Shown: positions 1 through 8,726 of the stretch, in pieces
Numbering within the stretch: the stretch's first letter is position 1
Layout of the letters: every line of letters starts with the position of its first letter
Virus record (IMG/VR): IMGVR_UViG_3300031994_000043
Coordinates: 45,450-109,449 of that record
Reading direction: 5' to 3' (one strand)
DNA: 64,000 nt
From: a virus
Lineage: Duplodnaviria > Caudoviricetes
The notes under the pieces: generated by a model
Database searches by the model: none
Seen by the model: only the letters and a program-made list of their open reading frames with translations
Told to the model about the DNA's origin: nothing
Program-made: the position numbers and the translations under genes

Positions 1-133
1 ATTCAGTTTGTTGTTTAGCCAATACTGCACTACGAAGATTTGTTTTCGCAATCGTATCAGTAAGACCAGTCGCCTGAGCATATCGCTGAGCGGCTCTCTT
101 GGATAAAAATGTTCTGCGACTGATCCAACTCAT
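1..133 (-). CDS. Hypothetical protein, runs off the window edge (MSWISRRTFLSKRAAQRYAQ...)
   Basis: ATG at 133 preceded by AAAGGAAAG; open to the window edge; continues the minus-strand early operon; not in ORF track. Confidence 0.6.
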   Translation of the reverse strand, partial: MSWISRRTFLSKRAAQRYAQATGLTDTIAKTNLRSAVLAKQQTE

Positions 134-146
134 TTTCTTTCCTTTA

Positions 147-926
147 TTAGAAATCGTCATTGACCTTGTCAAGCTTGGTAATGCGAGCAATCTGCTGGAT
201 AATCATATCTTCGTAATTCTTACGAGCTTCTTTCCATTCCTTATCTCGCTTGTTGTACTGTTTCATTGTGGCCTTGAACGGTTTACCATTAGTCTTAATG
301 TAAGCCAACACATCAGCACACATCTTACCCTGAGCAACCACACGCGGCAGATATGCTTCAAACTTATCAAACCAGGCGTTAATTGCTTCAGGAGTGGTGA
401 GAATCCTGACATCATTGCTGGCGTAACGGTCTTCAAAATAGTTCAATTCGTTGTCTCGGAACAAACGATAGGACAGCGGAACCTTAATGTAGGTAGACGA
501 GGCCTTAATGTTGCCTTCGTACATAAATTCAGTTTCCACATTATCCAAATCGCAAGCAATCATACACGGACGCTTTGGGTCAAGTGATAGACCGAGAATA
601 AGTTCACCAGTGAACCAACCATCACGGGCATAACAGTACTGCTTTCGCATATTCGGAAGTGTTTCCATTCGCAAGCCCTGATAGGTGATGAAATTGCCAT
701 TCCAGTCCGGTTCTGTCTTTAGATTTTCAAGCGACAAATTGAGTTTAGACAAACGATCTGTGACTAGCTGCTCAACATCCTGAGCAGACATGTTGTATGT
801 AAAACCCTGCTTTTGCTTGTTGTGTAAATTGAGAGTAATCGGTCCATTACCCATATTACCAGCCATCTGTTGATAGAACTGTTGTGCCATTTGCATAATT
901 GAATTTGGAGTAGGTCCATTTGCCAT
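147..926 (-). CDS. Hypothetical early protein (259 aa)
   Basis: Long ORF with AAGGA SD, in the operon downstream of the early promoter at 1835-1863. Confidence 0.8.
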   Translation of the reverse strand: MANGPTPNSIMQMAQQFYQQMAGNMGNGPITLNLHNKQKQGFTYNMSAQDVEQLVTDRLSKLNLSLENLKTEPDWNGNFITYQGLRMETLPNMRKQYCYARDGWFTGELILGLSLDPKRPCMIACDLDNVETEFMYEGNIKASSTYIKVPLSYRLFRDNELNYFEDRYASNDVRILTTPEAINAWFDKFEAYLPRVVAQGKMCADVLAYIKTNGKPFKATMKQYNKRDKEWKEARKNYEDMIIQQIARITKLDKVNDDF

Positions 927-952
927 AGTTATTTTTTCCTTTTAGTTTATTG

Positions 953-1201
953 TTAATTTTTCTTCTCAGCTAACAGAAACACATTTATGACGTGTAGAAT
1001 TAGTGAGAGTGTCATAAGTAATGCGAAGAAAAACCAATTAACCCCGTCCATTTTGTCAAATCCACGGGCAATAGGATAGAACACAAGCATTACAATCATT
1101 ACAGTTGATGCTAAAGTTTCAATAATCAAATTAGGCTTGAAAATTCGCATACAAATTGAGATAGCTGCGCAAGCAATTAGAATAGCCAAATCCAAAGTCA
1201 T
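953..1201 (-). CDS. Small membrane protein (about 3 TM segments)
   Basis: 82 aa, three hydrophobic stretches, GGAGGG SD. Confidence 0.75.
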   Translation of the reverse strand: MTLDLAILIACAAISICMRIFKPNLIIETLASTVMIVMLVFYPIARGFDKMDGVNWFFFALLMTLSLILHVINVFLLAEKKN

Positions 1202-1202
1202 T

Positions 1203-1454
1203 TTAGCCCTCCCTCTTCACAACATCTTCAAATGTTTTGCACTGTTCAAGCGGAACAATCGGATCACCACAAACAGGGCAACGGGTAATCGGAAAGCTCA
1301 TTTCCGGTCGGCCTGAGTCATCCAAAATTTCCACAGTGCATTTAGTCAAATCACTGGTGATAGAGCAGGTGTGGTTATTATCAGCCCAATGACAAGTAAA
1401 TTGAATTGGGTGCTTTGTAGAAATAGTATTGAGTTTTTCACAGAATTTGCACAT
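1203..1454 (-). CDS. Small zinc-ribbon protein (CKFC...CPVCG)
   Basis: Likely true start MCKFCEK at 1454, just after the stop of the upstream gene; two CxxC pairs. Confidence 0.7.
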   Translation of the reverse strand: MCKFCEKLNTISTKHPIQFTCHWADNNHTCSITSDLTKCTVEILDDSGRPEMSFPITRCPVCGDPIVPLEQCKTFEDVVKREG

Positions 1455-1455
1455 A

Positions 1456-1803
1456 TTACTTACCTTCTTTTTCTGCGTTCTTAATTTCTTCGTCAATTTC
1501 GGATTCGTCTGCCCAACCCTTGAGAACACGAACCATAGAAGTTACAATGTTGTCAATTTCAATGAAACCCTTGGTTTCAGGTTCCCAACCTTCGCAAGAG
1601 AACGATGCAGTCTTCAATCCGTCAGTGTTTTCCGGGAACCATTCGCATTCGTTGAACTTGGAGCAGCGACCACAGGTTGATACACATTCACGCCAGCCAT
1701 CACGAAAATGACGTTTTCCCTTGTACTGGGTTGCGGTGAATGTAAGTTCTTCACCATTGATGGTAGCAGTGCGAGTGATAGATTTAATTGCCTTCATAGC
1801 CAT
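1456..1803 (-). CDS. Hypothetical Cys-rich early protein
   Basis: First gene after the early promoter, GAGGT SD, CxxxCxxC motif. Confidence 0.75.
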   Translation of the reverse strand: MAMKAIKSITRTATINGEELTFTATQYKGKRHFRDGWRECVSTCGRCSKFNECEWFPENTDGLKTASFSCEGWEPETKGFIEIDNIVTSMVRVLKGWADESEIDEEIKNAEKEGK

Positions 1804-1834
1804 AGTTGTACCTCTTGTTTTAGTTTCTAAGTAT

Positions 1835-1900
1835 AAAATAGAAAAAATTTAGCGGTTTGTCAATAAGAAAATCACCAAATTATGTAAAATTATGTTTACA
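1835..1900 (-). promoter_or_regulatory. Sigma70-type early promoter with upstream dyad
   Basis: TTGACA(1863-1858)-17 bp-TATTTT(1840-1835); TGTAAA-N6-TTTACA dyad at 1883-1900. Confidence 0.8.
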
Positions 1901-1911
1901 ATAAAAATTAA

Positions 1912-1937
1912 CGCAGTTTGTCAATAAACAAACTGCG
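1912..1937 (-). terminator. Stem-loop, probable terminator of the 5089-1964 operon
   Basis: CGCAGTTTGT-CAATAA-ACAAACTGCG followed by a T-rich run on the minus strand. Confidence 0.55.
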
Positions 1938-1963
1938 AAATTGTGTTAATTTTTGTTTACAAT

Positions 1964-2584
1964 CTATGCGAACACTGCGTCTTCATCTCCATTAGTGCTG
2001 TCTAATTCGCAATCGTGATTATTAGAGAACTTAACTCCGAGTGTAGTGTAAACCTGGTCGCCATAATCATACACGTCCGAACAAGCATATAATGTTGCGT
2101 TGTATTTTTTCAATAAATCGGAAAGTTCATTTTTAAATTCAGTTTCATATTTAGTTTGTCTATCTTTCTCAATTTTCTTTAGTCTATCATTGGTTACAGT
2201 TTCAAAAAATCTCTTAATTTCGTCATCAAAGTTAGTTTTACCTTCAAACGGACAAGAAGGTTTATTCAACCAAGTTTTAATTGCTGAAGGACTTCCTTTA
2301 TATTGTAAATGATATGGAATGTATTTTTTAGTTAAATCTGTATTTGTATCATAAAAGCTTGAATAATTTGATTTAGTACAAGCATCCAAAGATACTGAAT
2401 CTTTTACAAATTTATCTTTTTTGAGTGAACCCCATACAGACAATACAAGATAAACACTTTTATCTTCTTTTAAATGACCGATAAGGAATTGTTCATAAAC
2501 TCTATTTCCATCGTCAGTGTAACGCCATTCATTGAGAGTAAAGTTATGTTGTTTTAAAATTTCTTGTGCTTCATCTAATCTCAT
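1964..2584 (-). CDS. Leader-family protein (putative capsid-packaged), unknown cargo
   Basis: Starts MRLDEAQEILKQHNFTLNE, a variant of the shared leader; start trimmed from 2599. Confidence 0.75.
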   Translation of the reverse strand: MRLDEAQEILKQHNFTLNEWRYTDDGNRVYEQFLIGHLKEDKSVYLVLSVWGSLKKDKFVKDSVSLDACTKSNYSSFYDTNTDLTKKYIPYHLQYKGSPSAIKTWLNKPSCPFEGKTNFDDEIKRFFETVTNDRLKKIEKDRQTKYETEFKNELSDLLKKYNATLYACSDVYDYGDQVYTTLGVKFSNNHDCELDSTNGDEDAVFA

Positions 2585-2585
2585 T

Positions 2586-3305
2586 TTATTTGCTCTCATA
2601 ATCTAATGCTGCCATTTCTTCATAATCAGGTTTATCACTATGATGAAGGTAAGTTCTCTTGCTTCCCATGTAATTATCATAATCCCAATTTATGTCTTCA
2701 ATAAATGCAGCAACATTTTTGAATGTTCCACCGCCATCACCTTTAGGGGTTTGATATGATACTTGAAGTTTTTTAGATGGCTTTTCATCTTCATCTGGAT
2801 AATACAGCGACCATCCAATTACATAGTCCTTTTTGCCTTTTCCCGGCTTCTTAAACATAAAGAACTTTTCAGTAGCGAAATCACCAATTCCTTTATTGTC
2901 GCCCATCTTTGCACCAATATATTTCCAACCTGTTTTCTTTAGTCCTTCAAAGATAGCAGCAATAGTTTTATTATTTTCTGGTGAACCGGCGAAGCTCTTT
3001 GCTCTTGTAATCTTTTGCTGAAGATTGCGTCCTTCTTCACCCCAAAGTGTATGGTCATATTTTACTGGTTCTTCACCATAGTATCTTTTATAATCGTCTT
3101 TTGCATCATAATAGTCTTTACCGTGATTGCCTTTCTTCCAAAGCTTCTCAAAGTCTTTATCAAATGTTGAGTTGTGACGATGTGTCCACTTACGGCGCTG
3201 AGTTTGAGTCATGCCAGCAGGTAAATCAGCATCATCCCATTCATCTGTATCTTCAACAAGAAACCCTGCTTTTTTCAAAATTTCTTTTGCTTCTTTTAAT
3301 TCCAT
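2586..3305 (-). CDS. Leader-family protein (putative capsid-packaged), unknown cargo
   Basis: Starts MELKEAKEILKKAGFLVE; start trimmed from 3317. Confidence 0.75.
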   Translation of the reverse strand: MELKEAKEILKKAGFLVEDTDEWDDADLPAGMTQTQRRKWTHRHNSTFDKDFEKLWKKGNHGKDYYDAKDDYKRYYGEEPVKYDHTLWGEEGRNLQQKITRAKSFAGSPENNKTIAAIFEGLKKTGWKYIGAKMGDNKGIGDFATEKFFMFKKPGKGKKDYVIGWSLYYPDEDEKPSKKLQVSYQTPKGDGGGTFKNVAAFIEDINWDYDNYMGSKRTYLHHSDKPDYEEMAALDYESK

Positions 3306-3306
3306 T

Positions 3307-3699
3307 TTAATACCCAAAACAATCCTGCCATTCTTTATTTACATCTTCCGTAAATTTTTCCAATTCGGGAGTCATTTCTGCTTCTAGTTTATCTTCCCAC
3401 CAATCTTTGACTTTTTTGATTTTTACATTTTTCTCAAAGTCTTTAAACACTAATTGAGCATTACCAAAATTAAATGTAACAAGTAATGTATCAGTGTTAG
3501 GGTCCCATTTATAGTAAGTATCTATGTCATATTCTCGCATAGCAGTACCAATAAATTCGTTTTCTTTATCCCCAGGTTTAAATTCTTCATCTTGAAATAC
3601 TGCATTGATGATTTCACCAATTTCATATTTCCTTCTTGACTCTACAAGATACCCGTGTAATTGTAATTTAGCAATAGCTTCATCTATATTCATTATCAT
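3307..3699 (-). CDS. Leader-family protein (putative capsid-packaged), unknown cargo
   Basis: MIMNIDEAIAKLQLHGYLVE; AGGAG SD. Confidence 0.75.
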   Translation of the reverse strand: MIMNIDEAIAKLQLHGYLVESRRKYEIGEIINAVFQDEEFKPGDKENEFIGTAMREYDIDTYYKWDPNTDTLLVTFNFGNAQLVFKDFEKNVKIKKVKDWWEDKLEAEMTPELEKFTEDVNKEWQDCFGY

Positions 3700-3709
3700 A
3701 TTTTACTCC

Positions 3710-5089
3710 TTATGAAATGGAACAGACTTCGTCATCTGCTTCACCATTCAAAAGGTCTGCAATTTCTTCATCAGATAGTCCTAAGGCTTTAAGTTTATTG
3801 ACATCCCATTTCTTACTGGTTTTTTCATTTAGCCAAGTCTTGAAGTCTTGTTCCGTACTTTCTGTTTTTGTTTGTGTTTCTTCTTTTCTTATTGTTTTGA
3901 TTTCGCCCACTTTCTTTAGTGGTTTAAAAGCATGTGTATGAGTCATTTGTTTAAATTGTTGTTTACCCATAAGGTATGGTTCCTTATCTATATCGTTAAT
4001 AGGGAATAATGCTAATGCTTGTGGTGCATCAATTTTAGCTGCACTAATTTTATTTGTTGCTCCATTCAAGCAGTTAATACCGTGCTGTCTAGCTTCATAT
4101 TGTAATTTATAATCGTTACCGGCGTATTCAAATACACCTTCTTTACAAATACTCATTAGTTTTTCAAAGTCTGTTCTGTTCATTATACAATAAGTATAAT
4201 TCTTCTTTATATTACCAAAGATTCTGACATATTCATAATATGATTCAACAATGAAAGCATCTTTTAATTTGTTAATGAGAGCCATTTTATCTTGCTCAGC
4301 ATCTTTGCTTATATACTCATTTCTAGTAATGCCTAATTCTTTGAACTTCTTATTCAATTCTTTGGCTTTCTTTAACCAGATACCATTGTGACAAGTAGCA
4401 TCTGAACAGTCTAATATAGAAAGCCATTTTCTTCTTTTACCACGGCAAAAATACTGATATGCTTCATACCAAGCTTCTTCAGCTAATCCATTATCGTAAC
4501 AGTGAACATAATAGTGAAGCATTTCGTGAACAAGTGTATTTCTAAATTCGGCTAATGAAACATTACAGTTAGGGTTAATTAAAATTGCTGAAGGTTCAAA
4601 CTTTTGAGCACTGAAATTAACTGAGTAACTAAATTTACCCATACAATCTTTTAATGGTTCTATTCTGACAGGTAGTTTATCTAGTTTGTTATCAAAATAC
4701 TTAGCATTGAATTTGTCAAAAGCCTGATTAACGAATTCATTTGTTAATTCTATCTTTTGGTAATCGCTTGAATCTACTTCAACTTCGGCAGGCTTTTCAT
4801 TTTGCACAGGAGTTTCGTTTTTTGGTTCTCTATGTTTGATTACAGTAGTATCTTCACCTCTATCCATAAAGGCAGTTACAGTATCCATCAAAGAACTAAT
4901 TTTATTTCTGGCTCTATCGTCTAAAGGAAATTCCTTGTAGATTAAAGACAACTGAGAATAAACTCTTTCAGAGTTCTTTTTGGACTTCTTCCAGGAGTTA
5001 TATGCGTGTATTGCTTTCCAGTAGTAGTCCATCTGTTCAGGAGACAAATCATCTGCTAATTTTTCAAATAAAAAATGCTCAAATTCCAT
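3710..5089 (-). CDS. SprT-like zinc metalloprotease with T4-CTS-like N-terminus
   Basis: FDKFNAKYFDNKL...NTLVHEMLHYY (HExxH)...HNGIW; N-terminus MEFEHFLFE. Confidence 0.75.
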   Translation of the reverse strand: MEFEHFLFEKLADDLSPEQMDYYWKAIHAYNSWKKSKKNSERVYSQLSLIYKEFPLDDRARNKISSLMDTVTAFMDRGEDTTVIKHREPKNETPVQNEKPAEVEVDSSDYQKIELTNEFVNQAFDKFNAKYFDNKLDKLPVRIEPLKDCMGKFSYSVNFSAQKFEPSAILINPNCNVSLAEFRNTLVHEMLHYYVHCYDNGLAEEAWYEAYQYFCRGKRRKWLSILDCSDATCHNGIWLKKAKELNKKFKELGITRNEYISKDAEQDKMALINKLKDAFIVESYYEYVRIFGNIKKNYTYCIMNRTDFEKLMSICKEGVFEYAGNDYKLQYEARQHGINCLNGATNKISAAKIDAPQALALFPINDIDKEPYLMGKQQFKQMTHTHAFKPLKKVGEIKTIRKEETQTKTESTEQDFKTWLNEKTSKKWDVNKLKALGLSDEEIADLLNGEADDEVCSIS

Positions 5090-5105
5090 TGGAAACCTCT
5101 TAATC

Positions 5106-5117
5106 TATTTATAAATA
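5106..5117. promoter_or_regulatory. Overlapping divergent T4-type late promoters
   Basis: Palindrome TATTTATAAATA gives TATAAATA on both strands between divergent genes 5089(-) and 5122(+). Confidence 0.8.
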
Positions 5118-5121
5118 TAGT

Positions 5122-5730
5122 ATGAATTTATACGAAGCCGCAGATATATTACATAAAAATGGATTTTTAATGGAATCATCCATTAAAGGTGATTTCGCAA
5201 AAGGTGAAAAAGGCGGTGAACCCTATTTTGATTTACCTAATGATTATACTTATGATGATGCTAAAAGATACTTTATGGAAGCAATTTATGGTAAATTAGA
5301 TGATGAAGATATACAAATTTATTGGGATAATTATTTGAGAAAATCCCGAATAAAACAATTTGAAACAACATATAATCAGTTTGAAGATTACAAAAATAAC
5401 ACTAAACAAATTAAACTATATCGTGGATTGGTTCTAAATCGTGATAAAGAAGTAGATTTAGATAAAGCTGGTGAATGTTGGTCTTTTAATAAAAATGTTG
5501 CTGTAAAATGGGTAGATGGTATTTGGGATAATATGGTATTTAATCATATTGTAAATAGAGCTGAACTTGAAGACTGTAAGAAGGTTATTTTAACTGCTAC
5601 AACAACATTAGATAATTGCCGTTTACCATATTCTATATGGCTTGCAGGACGATTTGAAAGACCAGAATGGGAAGTTCGTGTAAAAGACGAATCAAAAGTT
5701 AAGATTATTAATTCAAAAGAAATAGAATAA
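5122..5730 (+). CDS. Leader-family protein with ADP-ribosyltransferase-like domain
   Basis: Leader MNLYEAADILHKNGFLME; R-S-E-type motifs LYRG, CWS, EWEV. Confidence 0.6.
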   Translation: MNLYEAADILHKNGFLMESSIKGDFAKGEKGGEPYFDLPNDYTYDDAKRYFMEAIYGKLDDEDIQIYWDNYLRKSRIKQFETTYNQFEDYKNNTKQIKLYRGLVLNRDKEVDLDKAGECWSFNKNVAVKWVDGIWDNMVFNHIVNRAELEDCKKVILTATTTLDNCRLPYSIWLAGRFERPEWEVRVKDESKVKIINSKEIE

Positions 5731-6614
5731 TGACTGATTTCGCTAGTGAATTTAAAAAGATTTTCAGTAATAGTTGCCCACCACAGACAGACTGGAACCA
5801 ACCTAGATACTTTGATTCCTTAAACAATGACTGTTATGGCAGTGAGGCAGCTTTAATGGCAAGTTTAACGAGCGAAGCTTATAACAAATATGGTTTATCT
5901 GTTTATTACTTTGTCAAAGAACACGATACAAAGTTTGACCCATTACTTGGAGAAGACCAATTAGAAAACATTAAAAGAAGATTTGCTTTACAAGTTTATG
6001 CTGAGAATGTTCCACAATTACAGAAACAGTACCAATTACAAGGAATGATTTATACCGAAATTGTGGAAGTTCAATGTACAATTCAACATTTCGCTGAAGC
6101 TTCTCGTTACGATTGGAAAACAGAAAACCCAACCGCATACGATTCTATTGTTCCAAAGATAGGCGACTTAATGTATTTCAAATACTCTGATTTGTATTAT
6201 GAAGTATTGAATGTAAAACAATTTGCAGAAGGCACAACATTCTTAAGTACACCAATTACATACAAATTTAGTTTGAGAGTTTGGAGAAATTCTCACGAAA
6301 ATGTGGATGAGTTGAATGTAAACGATGATAATATGGAACATTTGAGAAGTTATGTTGAACTTGGCGAAACTTTCAATGTTGAACACGATATGGAAGAACA
6401 TACTGCGGCAAATAAGTTAAATCCTAATGCCGGTATGCAGGAGATACATAAGGACTACGTTCCTGACCAGACTAGCGTTGTTAAGGCCAAGGGAGACATA
6501 CTGGCTATAAACGATAATCTCCAGGAAAAGGAGCAAGCACAGGCCGTTTATGACCCAAATACTGACGAGTCTAAAAAAGATTTGCCACGAATTGACCCCT
6601 TTGACGGATGGTAA
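5730..6614 (+). CDS. gp14: Neck/head-completion protein, T4 gp14-like
   Basis: DPLLGED and PKIGDLMYF...YYEV motifs typical of gp14. Confidence 0.75.
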   Translation: MTDFASEFKKIFSNSCPPQTDWNQPRYFDSLNNDCYGSEAALMASLTSEAYNKYGLSVYYFVKEHDTKFDPLLGEDQLENIKRRFALQVYAENVPQLQKQYQLQGMIYTEIVEVQCTIQHFAEASRYDWKTENPTAYDSIVPKIGDLMYFKYSDLYYEVLNVKQFAEGTTFLSTPITYKFSLRVWRNSHENVDELNVNDDNMEHLRSYVELGETFNVEHDMEEHTAANKLNPNAGMQEIHKDYVPDQTSVVKAKGDILAINDNLQEKEQAQAVYDPNTDESKKDLPRIDPFDGW

Positions 6615-6615
6615 T

Positions 6616-6623
6616 TATAAATA
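6616..6623 (+). promoter_or_regulatory. T4-type late promoter
   Basis: TATAAATA upstream of the 6652 gene and terminase fragment. Confidence 0.7.
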
Positions 6624-6651
6624 ATAGACAAAATAAATGTGAGGTGAAATT

Positions 6652-7071
6652 ATGATAGAGAAAAAATGTAAAATCTGCGGTAACTTCTTTCATTCAAGAA
6701 AGATAGCAATGCATTATTGGAATATCCACCATAAGAAATATGGCGAATATAAAGATAATGAAGAAACGAGAGAAGTTCCTGACCCAGTTGGAGAAGAAGA
6801 TGAGAAGAAAACCAGTAAGAAAACCAAAACCAGTTCCATCACAGGAACCACAGAAGTAGAAATACAAACAACCCCGATAGAAACAGAAACAGTTCAAGAA
6901 GGTATTGTAAAAGTACCTGAAACAGAGCAAATCCCTTCGCCTGAATTATGGAAAGAAACAGCCCACTTGTTTGATGGGCCTGTTACTAATGAAGCAAGTA
7001 ATGTTTTAAGAAAAACAGAAAAAGCAAATCCATTTGATAATGGCGAAACTATAAACGAATGGTGTAATTAA
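6652..7071 (+). CDS. Hypothetical protein with N-terminal C2H2-like zinc finger
   Basis: CKIC...HYWNIH; GAGGTG SD. Confidence 0.7.
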   Translation: MIEKKCKICGNFFHSRKIAMHYWNIHHKKYGEYKDNEETREVPDPVGEEDEKKTSKKTKTSSITGTTEVEIQTTPIETETVQEGIVKVPETEQIPSPELWKETAHLFDGPVTNEASNVLRKTEKANPFDNGETINEWCN

Positions 7072-7073
7072 AT

Positions 7074-7358
7074 ATGAAAATTTTAACTCCCACAGGTTAT
7101 CAAAATTATCAAAAGATTATTAAGAAGAAAGCTGAATGTATTAAGCTTGTTTTTGACGATACAAGCATAAATTGTAGTTTAGACCACCGATTTGACAATG
7201 ACGGTGTAGAAATTCCCGCAAACAAACTAAAAGTAGGTGATACTTTGTGCGGAAAGGTAATCAAAAAGATAGTTCCTTTGGGTGTTAAAGATGTTTATTC
7301 ACCACTTATGGTAGAAGGTGGACACAAATACTTATCAAATGGTTTAATAAACTATAAC
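7074..7358 (+). mobile_element. Atypically split intein, C-terminal fragment (95 aa)
   Basis: KILTPTG start, block B CSLDH, LKVGD, block F VYSP, block G NGLINYN followed by Cys+1; block A absent. Confidence 0.8.
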
Positions 7359-8108
7359 TGTTCATTTGAAGGTTCTTCACCTACACTTATTGAAGGTGAT
7401 ATAATAAAGACTTGGATTGGTATTGAACCAAAACGCACAGATTATGGTTATCACATGAAAGTATTTGAAGATCCAATGCCAGGTGTTACTTATGTAATGG
7501 GTGTGGATAGTTCAACTGGTGTAGGACAAGACGATTGTGCGTTCCAAGTACTTAAAATTGTGAATAAAGAATTATATGAACAGGTTGCAGTGTATAAAAA
7601 CAACAAAATTAAACCATACGAATATGCCGCAGTGGTTGCCGAAGCAAGTGAACGATACAATAACTGTCTAATGGTTGTTGAAAACAATGACTGTGGACGT
7701 TTCGTTACTGAAGAACTTTGGTATAACATTGGATGTGGTAACATATTGAATACAGACGGCAAAGGTATTGGTACAAGAGCAACACCTGCATCTAAACTTG
7801 AGGCCTGTATAATGCTTCGTGACGTAGCAAACGCAAAGAAACTTATTATTCACGATTCAGAAACGATTTATCAGTTGAGTAGATTTGAACAAATCTCTCC
7901 AAACCACTTTAGAGGTGCTAAAGGTTGTCACGATGACCTTGTATCTAGTTTGTATTGGGCAATTTATTGTTTGAAACAACCTCAATTTGATTTAGATGCT
8001 GTACAGAACGCAGCAGTTGCTAAAAATGTTCAAGACGATTACGCTCCTCCACCTTGTTTATTTGATGAGTCATCAGACAATAGTGATTTTTGGAAGAGTT
8101 TTAATTAA
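7074..8108 (+). CDS. gp17: Terminase large subunit C-terminal (nuclease) fragment preceded by a split-intein C-fragment
   Basis: After intein end NGLINYN/C: CSFEGSSPTLI, YVMGVDSSTGVGQD, VVENN, HDDLV (gp17 RNase H-fold motifs); no ATPase domain. Confidence 0.85.
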   Translation: MKILTPTGYQNYQKIIKKKAECIKLVFDDTSINCSLDHRFDNDGVEIPANKLKVGDTLCGKVIKKIVPLGVKDVYSPLMVEGGHKYLSNGLINYNCSFEGSSPTLIEGDIIKTWIGIEPKRTDYGYHMKVFEDPMPGVTYVMGVDSSTGVGQDDCAFQVLKIVNKELYEQVAVYKNNKIKPYEYAAVVAEASERYNNCLMVVENNDCGRFVTEELWYNIGCGNILNTDGKGIGTRATPASKLEACIMLRDVANAKKLIIHDSETIYQLSRFEQISPNHFRGAKGCHDDLVSSLYWAIYCLKQPQFDLDAVQNAAVAKNVQDDYAPPPCLFDESSDNSDFWKSFN

Positions 8109-8726
8109 ATGAGCTTTGCTAATAAAATAATACCTAGATTAGGACAACCGGCTGATGATAGTGAATGGTATGTCAAGGCGATGTATCAGTCTTTAAACGA
8201 ATATATGACTGATATTGAAATTGCTATGGCAAGACCACAATTCACTGTAGCCGGTATTACTACAGTTCCTGGTTCTCCACCTATTCCAACACCTGTAACG
8301 GCTCCTGTCGGTCAGGTTTCAAACAAGCATATACAATTAACATATCCTGAAGTAAAAGCAGCTATGTTTTGTGGAAATGGAGCATTGACTTTTCCTAATT
8401 TGTTTAAACTATTTGCTTCCAAACTAATGCTTAATTTCACAAATGCTTATTCTTCTGCGATAGTTAGTGGAATAACCGCATTTACATTTGATGCTATAAC
8501 ACCTTTCACAACAATGGGAACTGCATTTATGACAGAAATTACTGGCATTGGTGCAGCAGGTGGAATGACACCTGAAATCTTCCATAATTCATTGAGTAAA
8601 TACTTGGATTTAGCATTTAAATCTATCATTCCAGTAACAATGCCCTTTGTAGGTATGGGTTTAGTTCCATCTGGTCCGTTTACTGGTACGATTGTAATAG
8701 CATTTCAACAGGTAGCATTAGTATGA
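8109..8726 (+). CDS. Hypothetical virion-associated protein
   Basis: 205-aa ORF tightly packed within the late operon. Confidence 0.7.
   Translation: MSFANKIIPRLGQPADDSEWYVKAMYQSLNEYMTDIEIAMARPQFTVAGITTVPGSPPIPTPVTAPVGQVSNKHIQLTYPEVKAAMFCGNGALTFPNLFKLFASKLMLNFTNAYSSAIVSGITAFTFDAITPFTTMGTAFMTEITGIGAAGGMTPEIFHNSLSKYLDLAFKSIIPVTMPFVGMGLVPSGPFTGTIVIAFQQVALV

Noticed and set aside
6652-7073. Upstream 139-aa ORF as the missing terminase N-half or intein N-fragment
   Set aside because: No Walker motifs and no intein block A; no frameshift joins it to the 7074 ORF
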